From the NCBI GenBank assembly GCA_003213115.1, contig QCNU01000002.1:17017-81016 (forward strand): a stretch of DNA of 64,000 nt, written 5' to 3'. Made by a program: the position numbers and the translations under genes. The notes beneath the pieces are model-generated. The model had not been told where the DNA came from. It saw only the letters and a program-made list of their open reading frames with translations, and made no database searches. Position 1 is the stretch's first letter. Each line of letters starts with the position of its first letter. This DNA comes from Pelagibacteraceae bacterium AG-426-L23 (GTDB lineage Bacteria; Pseudomonadota; Alphaproteobacteria; Pelagibacterales; Pelagibacteraceae). Positions 11,630 to 22,392 of this stretch are shown one piece after another.

Positions 11630-12751
11630 ATGCAAAAAAAATCAAAATTATCTATCCCTCAAAATTCAAGAAGAATATATTTTGAGCCAAAAAGCTATTT
11701 TAGAAATGATTTTCAAAGGGATAGAGATAGAATCATTCATTCAACTGCGTTTAGAAGACTTAAACATAAAACCCAAGTCTTTGTTAACACCACTAGTGAT
11801 CACTATAGAACAAGAATTACACATTCACTGGAAGTTTCTCAAATTGCTAGAACATTAGCAAAAATATTTAAACTTAATGAGGATTTATGTGAAACTTTAA
11901 GTCTCGCCCATGACCTTGGCCATACTCCTTTCGGTCACGCTGGTGAAGAGATTTTAAATGAGTGCATGAATCATAATGGAGGATTTGATCACAATATACA
12001 AACCATTAGAATAGTAACTCTCCTAGAAAACAAGTATTATAATTTTAAAGGTCTAAATTTATGTCTTGAGACAATTGATGGTCTGGTAAAACATAATGGA
12101 CCTATTTACGATCGAACACATATGGATGAGATGCTTGGGAAGAATTTTTTTAAAAAAAAAATTAAGTTTGAGAATCAACCGTCTCTTGAAGCTCAAGTCG
12201 CATCTTTGTCTGATGATATAGCTTATAATAGTCATGATCTTGAGGATGGGTTAAAGGCAAACTTATTTAAAATTGAACAACTTAATGATTTACCTATAAT
12301 CTCGGATATAATTTATAAACATAAAAATAAATTAAAGAATAAAAATAAGGATTTAGTTTTAAGACAAATAATAAGAGATATAATTAATGAAATGGTAAAA
12401 GATGTTGTTCTAAATACAAAAAGAAATCTCAAAAAGAGAAAACCAAAAAATATTTCTGATATATATAAATCCAAAAATAATTATGTATCTTTTTCCTCTA
12501 AAATGCTTGAATTCGATCAGTCGCTTAAAGAATTCTTAAAATATAACATGTATTTTAATAAAAATGTTCTTAACAAAACAAATAAAGGTAAAAAGATAAT
12601 ATCTAAATTATTTTTTTTATTAAGAAAAAAACCTCAAAATTTTTTTACAAAGAAAACTATTTCTCTAAAAAATAAAGAAAGAAGTATTTGTGATTTTATA
12701 GCTGGAATGACAGATAGATATGCAATTCAACTTTATAATTCTCTAAAATGA
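11630..12751 (+). CDS. dgt: dNTP (dGTP) triphosphohydrolase, HD domain
   Basis: FQRDRDRIIHS.AFRRL..KTQV, RITHSLEV, AHDLGHTPFGHAGE, DFIAGMTD. Confidence 0.93.
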   Translation: MQKKSKLSIPQNSRRIYFEPKSYFRNDFQRDRDRIIHSTAFRRLKHKTQVFVNTTSDHYRTRITHSLEVSQIARTLAKIFKLNEDLCETLSLAHDLGHTPFGHAGEEILNECMNHNGGFDHNIQTIRIVTLLENKYYNFKGLNLCLETIDGLVKHNGPIYDRTHMDEMLGKNFFKKKIKFENQPSLEAQVASLSDDIAYNSHDLEDGLKANLFKIEQLNDLPIISDIIYKHKNKLKNKNKDLVLRQIIRDIINEMVKDVVLNTKRNLKKRKPKNISDIYKSKNNYVSFSSKMLEFDQSLKEFLKYNMYFNKNVLNKTNKGKKIISKLFFLLRKKPQNFFTKKTISLKNKERSICDFIAGMTDRYAIQLYNSLK

Positions 12752-14472
12752 ATATTTTTGAACAATATTTAAATGAAATTAAAGAATTAATAATCAATAA
12801 TGCCAAAAAATTGGAATTAGATAATACAAATGCATTAAAAAGTGTAAATTTAGAGATACCCCCTGAAAAATTTGACTACGACCTTTCATGTAATGTTGCA
12901 ATGGTTATGGCTAAAGCCAATAAAAAAAAACCAGAACATTTAGCAAAAAACATTCAAGCTTTACTTATAGAAAATTTAAAAAATTTTTCAAAAGTTGATA
13001 TTGCAGGACCTGGTTTTTTAAACATAAATTTTAAAAATGAAGCTTTAACTGAGATAATAAATAAAATTATTAAAAAGAAAAGTAATTATGGCTCTAATCT
13101 TAAAAAGAATAAATATAATTTAGAATTTGTTTCAGCAAATCCAACTGGTCCATTACATGTTGGCCATTGTAGAGGTGCAATATTTGGTGATGTTTTATCA
13201 AATTTATTATCTTTTAATGGAAACAAAGTTACTAAGGAGTATTACGTTAATGATCATGGTAACCAAATAAAAAATTTTGTTAAGTCTGTTTTTCTTAGAT
13301 TAAGAGAAATTAAATTTAATGAGAAGTTTAAAGACAAAAAAGAACTCTATCCGGGCGATTATATTATAGACATAGCTAAAAAAATTATAGAAACCAAACC
13401 GAGAATAAATCTTAAAAACCTAGACGATATTTACAATGAACTTCACAAACTCTCGATCAATCTTTCTCTTGATATGATTAAAAATGACTTAAATAAACTA
13501 GGCATCAAACATGATATATTTATTTTTGAAAATGAGTTAATAAAAAACAAAACTGTAGAGAAAGCTGTAAATAAACTCAAAGATAAGAAATTTGTCATAG
13601 AAGGCTATCTAGAAGAACCTAAAGGTGAAGAAAAAAAAGATTGGAAAAGAATTAAAAGATTAATTTTCAAATCAAGCCTTTTTGGAGATGATACAGATAG
13701 AGCTTTACAAAAAAACGATGGATCCTGGACCTATTTTGCATCTGATGTTGGTTATCATTCATTTAAAATTTCTAGAAAATTTAATTCACTTATAAATATT
13801 CTTGGAGCAGATCACACTGGCTACATCAAAAGAATTAATGCTGCTGTAAAAGCACTTTCGGATAATAAAGTGATATTAGATTGTAAAGTGTGTCAGTTAG
13901 TAAAATTATATAAAAAAGGAAAACCTTATAAGATGTCGAAAAGAGCAGGTGATTTTATAACAGTTAAAGATTTACTATCTGAAGTGGATAAAGACTCGAT
14001 AAGATTCATGATGTTAAGCAGAAGTAATGATGTCGAATTAGATTTTGATTTTAGTAAAGTTTTAGAAAAAAATAAAGATAATCAAGTTTTTTATGTTCAA
14101 TATTGTTATGCTAGGATAAATTCTTTATTTAGAATCCTTAAACTTGATTTAAATAAAACTTTTACAATTGATGAGAAAAATTTTAATCTAAATATTTATG
14201 AAAGAAAAATTTTACGAAAAGTTTTTGACTGGTCAAAAACAATAGATTTAGCTTCTTTTAAACAAGAACCTCATAGAATTACTTTTTATTTATATGATTT
14301 GGCAACTTTGTTTCACTCTTATTGGAGCAAAGGTAATGAAGATGAAGATTATAAATTAGTTAAAGATGGCAAAATAAAACAGTTGAATTCACTGATTATA
14401 ATTCAACTAGTTGCTATAGTTATTGAAAATGGAATGAAAATTCTTGGAGTTTCATTACCAAAAAAAATGTAA
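12748..14472 (+). CDS. argS: Arginine--tRNA ligase
   Basis: EFVSANPTGPLHVGH, GADH.GY, KMSKRAG, YVQY..ARI. Confidence 0.97.
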   Translation: MNIFEQYLNEIKELIINNAKKLELDNTNALKSVNLEIPPEKFDYDLSCNVAMVMAKANKKKPEHLAKNIQALLIENLKNFSKVDIAGPGFLNINFKNEALTEIINKIIKKKSNYGSNLKKNKYNLEFVSANPTGPLHVGHCRGAIFGDVLSNLLSFNGNKVTKEYYVNDHGNQIKNFVKSVFLRLREIKFNEKFKDKKELYPGDYIIDIAKKIIETKPRINLKNLDDIYNELHKLSINLSLDMIKNDLNKLGIKHDIFIFENELIKNKTVEKAVNKLKDKKFVIEGYLEEPKGEEKKDWKRIKRLIFKSSLFGDDTDRALQKNDGSWTYFASDVGYHSFKISRKFNSLINILGADHTGYIKRINAAVKALSDNKVILDCKVCQLVKLYKKGKPYKMSKRAGDFITVKDLLSEVDKDSIRFMMLSRSNDVELDFDFSKVLEKNKDNQVFYVQYCYARINSLFRILKLDLNKTFTIDEKNFNLNIYERKILRKVFDWSKTIDLASFKQEPHRITFYLYDLATLFHSYWSKGNEDEDYKLVKDGKIKQLNSLIIIQLVAIVIENGMKILGVSLPKKM

Positions 14473-14738
14473 TGATAAAAAATTTGATTTCATTATCTAT
14501 GATTATATCAATATGTTTATTTATTTTTTTTGTAATAACTGAATATCTATCAGATAAAAATAAAAAATTAATTAACTTAAATCGTCTAAACATTGATCAA
14601 GGTATAAATGAGGAAAGTATGAATTTAACAATTTTAAAAAGCGACACTGACAATGTAATAGAATTTAACGCAGAATATAATCAAAAAAATAACACAAAAC
14701 CTCAAAGAAAATTTTGGAAATTGTTTAATAATAATTAA
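14472..14738 (+). CDS. Small single-pass membrane protein of unknown function at the usual ftsN/SPOR position
   Basis: Coupled by TAATG overlaps to argS and nagZ; N-terminal hydrophobic helix. Confidence 0.75.
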   Translation: MIKNLISLSMIISICLFIFFVITEYLSDKNKKLINLNRLNIDQGINEESMNLTILKSDTDNVIEFNAEYNQKNNTKPQRKFWKLFNNN

Positions 14739-15685
14739 TGAAAAGAAAAGCTTTAATCACAAGTATATCAGGAACCATTTTATCTCAAAAAGAGTCAAAT
14801 TTATTTAAAGTTCATAAACCATGGGGGATAATTTTATTCAAAAGAAACATCAAAAATTTTGATCAAACAAAAAAATTAATAAAATCTATTAAATATACAT
14901 TTAATGATAAAAATTATCCTATTCTAATTGATGAAGAGGGAGGTACAGTTTGCCGTTTGACTTCATTACTTGACAACAAACCATATTCCCAAAATTTTTT
15001 TGGTAAACTTTATAAAAAAAATAAAAAATTAGGATTTTCAATTTATGACAATTATATTTATTCATTATCATCTGTTCTTAAGAAATTAGGAATTAATATT
15101 AATACTGTTCCAGTTTTGGATATTTTAAAAAAAAATACTCATAAAATTATCATATCAAGAACTTATTCAAGTAATATCAAAATAATAAAGACTTTAGGTA
15201 AGTTATGTATAAGGTCATATAAAAAAAATAAAATTGGCACAGTTATTAAGCATATACCTGGCCATGGAAGCGCATCATCAGATAGTCATAAGACTCTTCC
15301 AATAGTTAGAAAAAATCAAAAAAACCTTAATAAAAGTGACTTTAAATGCTTTAAAGGAATGAAGTCTCACTTTGCAATGACAGCACATATTTTATTTTCT
15401 CATATTGACTCCAAAAATTCAGTTACACATTCTTCAAATTTAATAAAAAAAATTATTCGTAAACAAATTGGATTTAGAGGAATTTTAATTTCAGATGATA
15501 TATCAATGAAGGCTCTAAAATATGATTTAGTAGAGAATGCAAAAAGATCTCTTTCTGCCGGTTGTAATTTAACTTTATATTGTTCTGGTAAATATCATGA
15601 GTCAAAAAGACTACTAAAAGAACTGCCACTAATTGACAGTTTTACTATAAAAAAAACATCACAATTCTATAAATTTTTGAGATAA
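14738..15685 (+). CDS. nagZ: Beta-N-acetylhexosaminidase (GH3)
   Basis: GIILFKRN, IDEEGG.V.RL, KHIPGHG....DSH, SDD..M. Confidence 0.92.
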   Translation: MKRKALITSISGTILSQKESNLFKVHKPWGIILFKRNIKNFDQTKKLIKSIKYTFNDKNYPILIDEEGGTVCRLTSLLDNKPYSQNFFGKLYKKNKKLGFSIYDNYIYSLSSVLKKLGININTVPVLDILKKNTHKIIISRTYSSNIKIIKTLGKLCIRSYKKNKIGTVIKHIPGHGSASSDSHKTLPIVRKNQKNLNKSDFKCFKGMKSHFAMTAHILFSHIDSKNSVTHSSNLIKKIIRKQIGFRGILISDDISMKALKYDLVENAKRSLSAGCNLTLYCSGKYHESKRLLKELPLIDSFTIKKTSQFYKFLR

Positions 15686-15694
15686 AATAACATA

Positions 15695-16441
15695 ATGGAA
15701 TCAAACATAAAAAATTCTATTTCTGTAAGCATTCCAAATTACTCGGGACCTTTGGAAGTATTGTTAGATCTTGCAAAAGAACAGAAAGTTGATTTAGCGC
15801 AAATTTCAATAACTAAACTAGCTGATGAATTTTTGATTTATATTAAAAAAGAATCAGACAAGTTAAATCTAGAAACCGCATCTGAATATTTACTGATGGC
15901 GACTTGGTTAGCCTATCTTAAGTCAAAACTCTTATTACCCGAGGATGAAGATGACGACTTTAAGGCTCTTGAAGTAGCAGAGAAACTAAAGTTACAATTA
16001 AAAAAATTAGAGTTAATTAGATTATTATCAGACCAAATGTTAAAAAAAAATAGAATAGGAGTTAATATATTTTACAGGGGTATAAAAGGTGGAATAAGAT
16101 CCGTTAAAACTCCGATATATGATGTAACTCTTTATGAGCTTTTAAAATCATATGCCATTATTAAAACCCAGAAAGCATTTAAATCAATTAACATTCCAAA
16201 ACTGCCCGTTTTAACTACTGAAGAAGGAATAAAACAAATTAAAGAAAATTTAAATAAACTAAGTAACTGGAAAGATATTAAAGATTTAATTCCAGAAAAC
16301 TTTTTTTTGAATAAAAATATGCGAAAATCAGGATATGCAGGAATTTTAGCTGCGAGTTTAGAATTGACCAAACAAGGATCAATAAATTTAATGCAGAAAA
16401 AAATATTTGATACACTTTTAATTAGAAAGTCCGACCAATGA
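15695..16441 (+). CDS. scpA: Segregation and condensation protein A
   Basis: GPLEVLLDL, EYLLMATWLAYLKSKLLLP, ASLEL. Confidence 0.93.
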   Translation: MESNIKNSISVSIPNYSGPLEVLLDLAKEQKVDLAQISITKLADEFLIYIKKESDKLNLETASEYLLMATWLAYLKSKLLLPEDEDDDFKALEVAEKLKLQLKKLELIRLLSDQMLKKNRIGVNIFYRGIKGGIRSVKTPIYDVTLYELLKSYAIIKTQKAFKSINIPKLPVLTTEEGIKQIKENLNKLSNWKDIKDLIPENFFLNKNMRKSGYAGILAASLELTKQGSINLMQKKIFDTLLIRKSDQ

Positions 16442-17127
16442 ATAAAAAAATAAAAAAAGATAATGTTATTAAATTCCCTAGAAATTTATCTAAGTTAGAA
16501 AGACAAGTCGAAGCCGTCTTATTTGCTGCAGTAGAACCTTTAGATATAGAAACTATTGAAAAAAGAGTACCTAACGCAACAAATATAAAAAAAATTTTAG
16601 ATAACCTTCAAGCTGATTATCTCAATAGAGGAATCAATTTGATTTGTATAAGAAACAAATGGTCCTTTAGAACGCCTGAAGACTTGTCCAAAACAATGTC
16701 TTTACAAAAATCAACACATAAAAAACTATCAAAAGCGGCTATAGAGACTTTAGCTATTATAGTCTACCATCAACCAGTTACTCGATCTGAAATTGAAGAA
16801 ATAAGAGGTGTAGCGTTTGCTACTAACACACTTGAGATTTTACTGGAACTTGACTGGGTTCGACCTGCTGGAAGAAAAAATGTTCCAGGAAAACCTATTC
16901 AATACGCTACTACAGAAAACTTTCTAAATCATTTTAACATCCAAAATTTATCTGATTTACCGTCTGTAGAAGAACTTAGTTCTGCAGGACTTATTGATAC
17001 TTCTTCTATAGACTCGTCAATATTTGGTACTGGGAAATTTTATAAAGAGAACTTAAGTAAAGAAAAAGAAGATATTTACTCAGAAATTGAAAAAGCCATA
17101 GATCAAGCACCCAAATCTGACAATTAA
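16438..17127 (+). CDS. scpB: Segregation and condensation protein B
   Basis: LSKAAIETLAII.Y.QPVTR.EIEEIRGV, PGKP..Y.TT..FL. Confidence 0.95.
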   Translation: MNKKIKKDNVIKFPRNLSKLERQVEAVLFAAVEPLDIETIEKRVPNATNIKKILDNLQADYLNRGINLICIRNKWSFRTPEDLSKTMSLQKSTHKKLSKAAIETLAIIVYHQPVTRSEIEEIRGVAFATNTLEILLELDWVRPAGRKNVPGKPIQYATTENFLNHFNIQNLSDLPSVEELSSAGLIDTSSIDSSIFGTGKFYKENLSKEKEDIYSEIEKAIDQAPKSDN

Positions 17128-17154
17128 ATTATTTGTTTAAACAGATTAATTGTA

Positions 17155-17160
17155 TATAAT
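17155..17160 (+). promoter_or_regulatory. Consensus -10 element (TATAAT) 6 nt upstream of the tatA ATG
   Basis: TATAAT-ttaaat-ATG, no Shine-Dalgarno; AT-rich background limits confidence. Confidence 0.45.
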
Positions 17161-17166
17161 TTAAAT

Positions 17167-17358
17167 ATGAGTATAGGTTTTTGGCAAATAGCAATAGTTG
17201 TAATTTTAGTAGTCCTTTTATTTGGTAGAGGTAAAATATCTGATTTGATGGGCGATGTAGCTAAAGGTATTAAAAGTTTTAAAAAAGGCATGTCAGATAA
17301 ACCTGAAACCTCAAATAAAGATGAGTCTGACGACAAGGACAATCCTAGCAAGAGCTAA
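17167..17358 (+). CDS. tatA: Twin-arginine translocase TatA
   Basis: TM helix, LLFG hinge, amphipathic GIKSFKKG. Confidence 0.95.
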   Translation: MSIGFWQIAIVVILVVLLFGRGKISDLMGDVAKGIKSFKKGMSDKPETSNKDESDDKDNPSKS

Positions 17359-17363
17359 TTCAG

Positions 17364-17591
17364 ATGCCACAAATTGGTTGGTTTGAATTACTTATAATAG
17401 TAGTAATTTCAATTTTAGTAATAGGTCCAAAAGATTTTCCTATAGTTTTAAAAAAAATGGGTTCCTGGGTAGGCTCAATAAAAAATTTCTTTACTAATGT
17501 CCAATCGAATATTGAAGAGGTAACAAATCTCGAAGATAAAAATTCGGAAAAAAGCGAAGTTAAAAATAAAATAGAAAAAAAAGATGAGTAA
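17364..17591 (+). CDS. tatB: Twin-arginine translocase TatB (short)
   Basis: IGWFELLII...VIGPKDFP. Confidence 0.92.
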   Translation: MPQIGWFELLIIVVISILVIGPKDFPIVLKKMGSWVGSIKNFFTNVQSNIEEVTNLEDKNSEKSEVKNKIEKKDE

Positions 17592-18348
17592 GAAAAGTCA
17601 AAATGAAAATTTAAGCTTTGTAAGTCATCTTACGGAATTAAGATCACGTTTAATTAAGGCATTTATATTTTTATTATTTTCATTTGTTGTTTGTTATATT
17701 TTTTCAGCTGAAATTTATGATTTCCTAGTCAAACCATATTCAACTGCTATTATAGAAAATAATTTAGATAGAAGATTAATATTTACTGCTTTACATGAAG
17801 CTTTTATTACATATTTAAAGGTTGCTTTCTTTGCTTCTTTTTTTATTACCAGTCCAATTTTTTTAACTCAAATTTGGAAATTTGTTGCTCCTGGACTTTA
17901 TAAAAATGAAAAGAAAGCATTATTGCCATATTTAATAGCAACACCTGTTCTTTTCATTTTTGGAGGGCTTCTTGTTTATTACTTAGTCATGCCTCTAGCC
18001 ATAGAATTTTTTTTAAGTTTTGAGTCAGTAGCAAATTCTGGTTCTATTGCAATACAGTTAGAAGCTAAAGTAAATGAATATTTATCACTTATTATGAGAT
18101 TAATTTTTGCATTTGGTATAAGTTTTCAACTACCAGTTATTTTAAGTTTATTAGCAAGAATAAATGTCATTGACTCAATTTATTTAAAAAAAAGAAGAAA
18201 ATATGTAATTGTTATAATTTTTGCAGTAGCAGCTTTATTAACTCCACCAGATCCAATTACTCAAATAGGTTTAGCTTTACCTTTATTAATATTGTATGAA
18301 TTATCAATATTTGTCGTTAAGTTTATAGAAAAAGGAAAAAATGCATAA
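17584..18348 (+). CDS. tatC: Twin-arginine translocase TatC
   Basis: HLTELRSRL, QIWKFVAPGLY..E, TPPDP. Confidence 0.97.
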   Translation: MSKKSQNENLSFVSHLTELRSRLIKAFIFLLFSFVVCYIFSAEIYDFLVKPYSTAIIENNLDRRLIFTALHEAFITYLKVAFFASFFITSPIFLTQIWKFVAPGLYKNEKKALLPYLIATPVLFIFGGLLVYYLVMPLAIEFFLSFESVANSGSIAIQLEAKVNEYLSLIMRLIFAFGISFQLPVILSLLARINVIDSIYLKKRRKYVIVIIFAVAALLTPPDPITQIGLALPLLILYELSIFVVKFIEKGKNA

Positions 18349-19588
18349 TCTAAAAGACATTAGAAAAAATTTGGAACATTTTAAAAAAAAATTAAGTAAT
18401 AGAAAATCAGATATAAATTTTGATATTTTAATTAAATTAGATAAAGAAAATAGAGATTTTATTCAAAAAAAAGAAATATTAGAGCAAGAAAAAAAGTCTT
18501 TATCCAAGACAAGAAAAGAAGAGAATTTTGAAAAATCAAAAAAAATTTCTGAGGAGTTAGATAAAATTATCGATAAACAATTGTCCGTTCAAGAAAAAAT
18601 TAACAATCTGCTGGCTTCCCTGCCAAATCTGCCTTTGGATGATGTTCCTGAAGGCAAAGACGAAAAATCTAATGAAGTCATAAGAAAAGAGGGTAAAATT
18701 AAAGATTTTAATTTTTCTATTAAATCTCATTTTGAACTTGGTGAAAAAAATAATCAAATTGATTTTAGGACTTCTACAAAATTATCTGGCTCCAGATTTG
18801 TAGTATTAAAAGATAAAATAGCTTTATTAGAAAGAGCTTTAATTAATTTTATGATTGATACTCATACTCAAAAATTTAAATATACAGAAATTTCTCCACC
18901 ACTTTTAGTTAATGAAAATATAATGTTCGGTACAGGTCAACTTCCAAAGTTTGAAAGCGATCAGTTCGAGTTGAAGATGGATAAAAATGAAGAAAGAAAG
19001 TTTCTTATACCTACAGCCGAGGTGGTTTTGACAAATTTAGTTCGTGATAGTGTCATTAACAAAAAAGATTTACCTATAAGACTCGTTGCTGGAACGCCAT
19101 GTTTTAGAAAAGAAGCTGGAAGTTATGGAAAAGATACAAAAGGAATGATTAGACAACACCAATTTTATAAAGTTGAACTTGTTAGTATTGTCGAACCTGA
19201 TTCTTGCAAGAAGGAACTTGAAAGAATGTTAAATTGTGCTGAAAGTATATTAAAAGAACTAAATTTACCTTATAGAGTTGTACTACTTTCATCAGGCGAC
19301 ATGGGTTTTAGTGCTGAAAAAACTTATGATCTTGAAGTTTGGTTGCCTTATGAAAAAAAATATAGAGAGATATCGAGCTGTTCCTCATGTGGAACATTCC
19401 AAGCAAGAAGAATGAAAGCTAAATACAAATCTGAAAAAGAATCGGATTTTATAGGAACATTAAATGGCTCAGGTTTAGCAGTTGGAAGATTGTTAATTGC
19501 AATACTTGAAAATAACCAAAATGAAGACGGATCTATTTCTATTCCAAGTCCTTTAAAAAAATACATGAATAACGTGGATAAAATCTAA
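18341..19588 (+). CDS. serS: Serine--tRNA ligase
   Basis: LIPTAEV, FRKEAGSYG, RQHQF.KVE, EISSCS, TLNGSGLAVGR. Confidence 0.98.
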   Translation: MHNLKDIRKNLEHFKKKLSNRKSDINFDILIKLDKENRDFIQKKEILEQEKKSLSKTRKEENFEKSKKISEELDKIIDKQLSVQEKINNLLASLPNLPLDDVPEGKDEKSNEVIRKEGKIKDFNFSIKSHFELGEKNNQIDFRTSTKLSGSRFVVLKDKIALLERALINFMIDTHTQKFKYTEISPPLLVNENIMFGTGQLPKFESDQFELKMDKNEERKFLIPTAEVVLTNLVRDSVINKKDLPIRLVAGTPCFRKEAGSYGKDTKGMIRQHQFYKVELVSIVEPDSCKKELERMLNCAESILKELNLPYRVVLLSSGDMGFSAEKTYDLEVWLPYEKKYREISSCSSCGTFQARRMKAKYKSEKESDFIGTLNGSGLAVGRLLIAILENNQNEDGSISIPSPLKKYMNNVDKI

Positions 19589-19648
19589 TCATTTACATCA
19601 AGTATTTTCTTGTTAAAATTAATCTTTTATTATACTTATTCTTAAATT

Positions 19649-19927
19649 ATGAACAGTCAATTTGCACAATTTATTCCGCTAATATTAATTTTTGTAATTT
19701 TCTACTTTTTTTTAATAAGACCTCAGCAAAAAAGAGTTAGAGAACACAAAGAAATGGTTTCTTCTCTTAAAAGAGGCGATGAAGTTATTACTTCAGGAGG
19801 TATTATTGGAACAGTAGATAGGGTTATGGAGGATGATAGAATTGAGGTTATTTTAACTGACAATGTGAAAGTTCAAATAATTAAATCTACAATAACAAGT
19901 TTATTAAAAAAAGAAGTTAAAAAATAA
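19649..19927 (+). CDS. yajC: Preprotein translocase subunit YajC
   Basis: FYFFLIRPQQKR, GDEVITSGGI.G. Confidence 0.96.
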   Translation: MNSQFAQFIPLILIFVIFYFFLIRPQQKRVREHKEMVSSLKRGDEVITSGGIIGTVDRVMEDDRIEVILTDNVKVQIIKSTITSLLKKEVKK

Positions 19928-19936
19928 ATCTTTTTT

Positions 19937-21487
19937 GTGTTAAGTTTTTCTAAAATAAAAGTTGTTTTTATCTATATATTTTTTATTTTTATCAGTTTAT
20001 TTGCGTTTTTAAATCTGCAAAATGAAAACAATTCTGTCTTAAACAAAAAAGTAAATTTAGGCTTAGATTTACAGGGTGGTTCTTACTTGTTATTAGAAAT
20101 TGACACCGAACCTCTTATAAAAGAGAGAATTCAAAGTAAAGTTGTTCCATTAAAAAAATTATTAAATAAGAATAACTTTTCTTATACAAATTTTTCAATT
20201 TCTTCTAATAAAATTTCTTTTAATTTTAATGATAAAGACATTAAAAAGTTTGAAAAAATTTTTTTTTCTGAAAAAGACAATATTTTAAATTCCTACATTT
20301 CAAAATATAATAATTTTGAATTAGACTTTAAATTAGTTAATGATTCTGTTGAAATATTCTTTTCTAAATTTGGAATTTTAAACCTAAATAATTTAGCATT
20401 AAGTCAATCAATTGAAATAGTAAGAAGAAGAATTGATGACACAGGAACAAAGGAACCAACAATATTGCAGCGTGGTGATAAACGTATATTAGTTGAATTA
20501 CCAGGTATAAAAGATCCTGAACGTATTAAAAATTTATTAGGTAAAACCGCTCAATTAAACTTTAGATTAGTTTCAGATGAAAAATCTGAGTTCGGTTTTG
20601 ATGAACTAATTTCCGATAAAGGAGAAAAACTAATTGTAAATAAAAGAATTATATTTAGCGGTGAAAACCTTGTTGATGCTCAACCAAGAATGGATAATCA
20701 AACCAATCAACCAATTGTATCTTTTACTTTAGATAGATTAGGTTCTCAACGATTTGGAAAATCTACTTTAAATAACGTAGGTAAGAGAATTGCTATTGTA
20801 TTAGATAATCAAATAATCAGCGCTCCCTCAATAAGAGAACCAATAACTGGTGGAAGTGGAATTATTTCTGGAGATTTCAGTTTTCAAGAAGCAACAGACT
20901 TAGCTTTATTATTAAGATCAGGAGCTTTACCCACACCAATTGAAATTGTTGAAGAGCGAACTGTAGGACCTGATTTAGGTCAAGATTCTATAAATTCTGG
21001 TACAATTTCTTTAATTATTGGTTTTGCATTAGTCATACTCTTTATGATTTTTAAATATAGAATTTTTGGCTTAATTGCTAATTTTGCACTAATTGCAAAC
21101 TTATTAATGTTAGTCGGAATTTTAACAATTTTAGAGGCGACTTTAACATTGCCAGGAATTGCTGGAATAATATTGACAGTTGGTATGGCTGTAGATGCAA
21201 ATGTTTTAATATTTGAGAGGATAAAAGAAGAATTAAAGACAGAAAAATCATTAATACATGCTTTTGACTCTGGTTATAAAAGAGCAAAAATTACTGTTTT
21301 AGATGCAAATATCACCACTTTAATTGCAGCGGTAATTCTTTTTATTTTTGGGTCTGGACCTGTTAAAGGATTTGCAGTCACATTAGGCATTGGAATATTA
21401 ACTACTTTATACTCAGCTTATTTTATAGCGAGACATCTTACGTCTATTATTATTTTAAATAATAAAAATGAAAGAATAAATTTATGA
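19937..21487 (+). CDS. secD: Protein translocase subunit SecD (GTG start)
   Basis: LGLDLQGG, TVGPDLG, GMAVDANVLIFERI. Confidence 0.96.
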   Translation: MLSFSKIKVVFIYIFFIFISLFAFLNLQNENNSVLNKKVNLGLDLQGGSYLLLEIDTEPLIKERIQSKVVPLKKLLNKNNFSYTNFSISSNKISFNFNDKDIKKFEKIFFSEKDNILNSYISKYNNFELDFKLVNDSVEIFFSKFGILNLNNLALSQSIEIVRRRIDDTGTKEPTILQRGDKRILVELPGIKDPERIKNLLGKTAQLNFRLVSDEKSEFGFDELISDKGEKLIVNKRIIFSGENLVDAQPRMDNQTNQPIVSFTLDRLGSQRFGKSTLNNVGKRIAIVLDNQIISAPSIREPITGGSGIISGDFSFQEATDLALLLRSGALPTPIEIVEERTVGPDLGQDSINSGTISLIIGFALVILFMIFKYRIFGLIANFALIANLLMLVGILTILEATLTLPGIAGIILTVGMAVDANVLIFERIKEELKTEKSLIHAFDSGYKRAKITVLDANITTLIAAVILFIFGSGPVKGFAVTLGIGILTTLYSAYFIARHLTSIIILNNKNERINL

Positions 21488-22392
21488 TTAAACAAAATTT
21501 AAATTTTTCTTCATTATTTAAAAAGACTGGAATTTTTTCTATGATATTATTTGTAACTAGCTTATTTTTAATTTTTTACAAAGGTTTAAACTACGGAATA
21601 GACTTTAAAGGTGGAACTTTAATTGAAATCAGAATTGAAGATAAAAATATCAATATATCAGAAATAAGATCATCATTTTCTAAATTACAACTTGGTGATG
21701 TTAATATTAAAGAATTTGGAAAAAAAAGAGATTTTTTAATTAAAGTTGAACAAAAAGATAATAAAAATGAGTTAATAAAATTAGTTAAAGACAATCTAAA
21801 TAAAGATTTACAAACAGAAATTAACTTTAGAAGAGTTGAGAACGTTGGACCAAAAGTGAGCCAAGAACTATTAGAGTCCGGCTTAATTGCAATTGCTTTG
21901 TCCCTTTCAGCGATGTTATTTTATATTTGGGTACGTTTTGAATGGCAATTTAGTGTTGGCTCTATCATAGCATTAGTACACGATGTAATTATTACAGTTG
22001 GAATTTTTTCATTACTATCTTTTGAAATTAATCTTTCAATTATTGCAGCTGTTTTAACTATAGTTGGTTATTCAATGAATGATACGGTGGTAATATATGA
22101 CAGAATTAGAGAAAACTTAAGTAAATACAGTAAAATGAATATTAACGAAATAGCCAATCTATCGATTAATGAAACTTTATCTAGAACAGTTATCACTTCA
22201 GTAACTACACTATTAGCTTTACTATCTATATTTATTCTTGGTGGAGAAATTTTGAGAGGTTTTTCTTTTGCAATGATACTTGGTGTAATAGTTGGTACAT
22301 ATTCATCAATATTTGTGGCGTCACCGCTGCTTAAATATTTAAAGGTTACATCCAAAACTATGGATAAAAGTGAAGAAAAAATTCTACCTTAA
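21484..22392 (+). CDS. secF: Protein translocase subunit SecF
   Basis: GIDFKGG, GYSMNDTVVIYDRIRE, GTYSSIFVA. Confidence 0.96.
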   Translation: MIKQNLNFSSLFKKTGIFSMILFVTSLFLIFYKGLNYGIDFKGGTLIEIRIEDKNINISEIRSSFSKLQLGDVNIKEFGKKRDFLIKVEQKDNKNELIKLVKDNLNKDLQTEINFRRVENVGPKVSQELLESGLIAIALSLSAMLFYIWVRFEWQFSVGSIIALVHDVIITVGIFSLLSFEINLSIIAAVLTIVGYSMNDTVVIYDRIRENLSKYSKMNINEIANLSINETLSRTVITSVTTLLALLSIFILGGEILRGFSFAMILGVIVGTYSSIFVASPLLKYLKVTSKTMDKSEEKILP

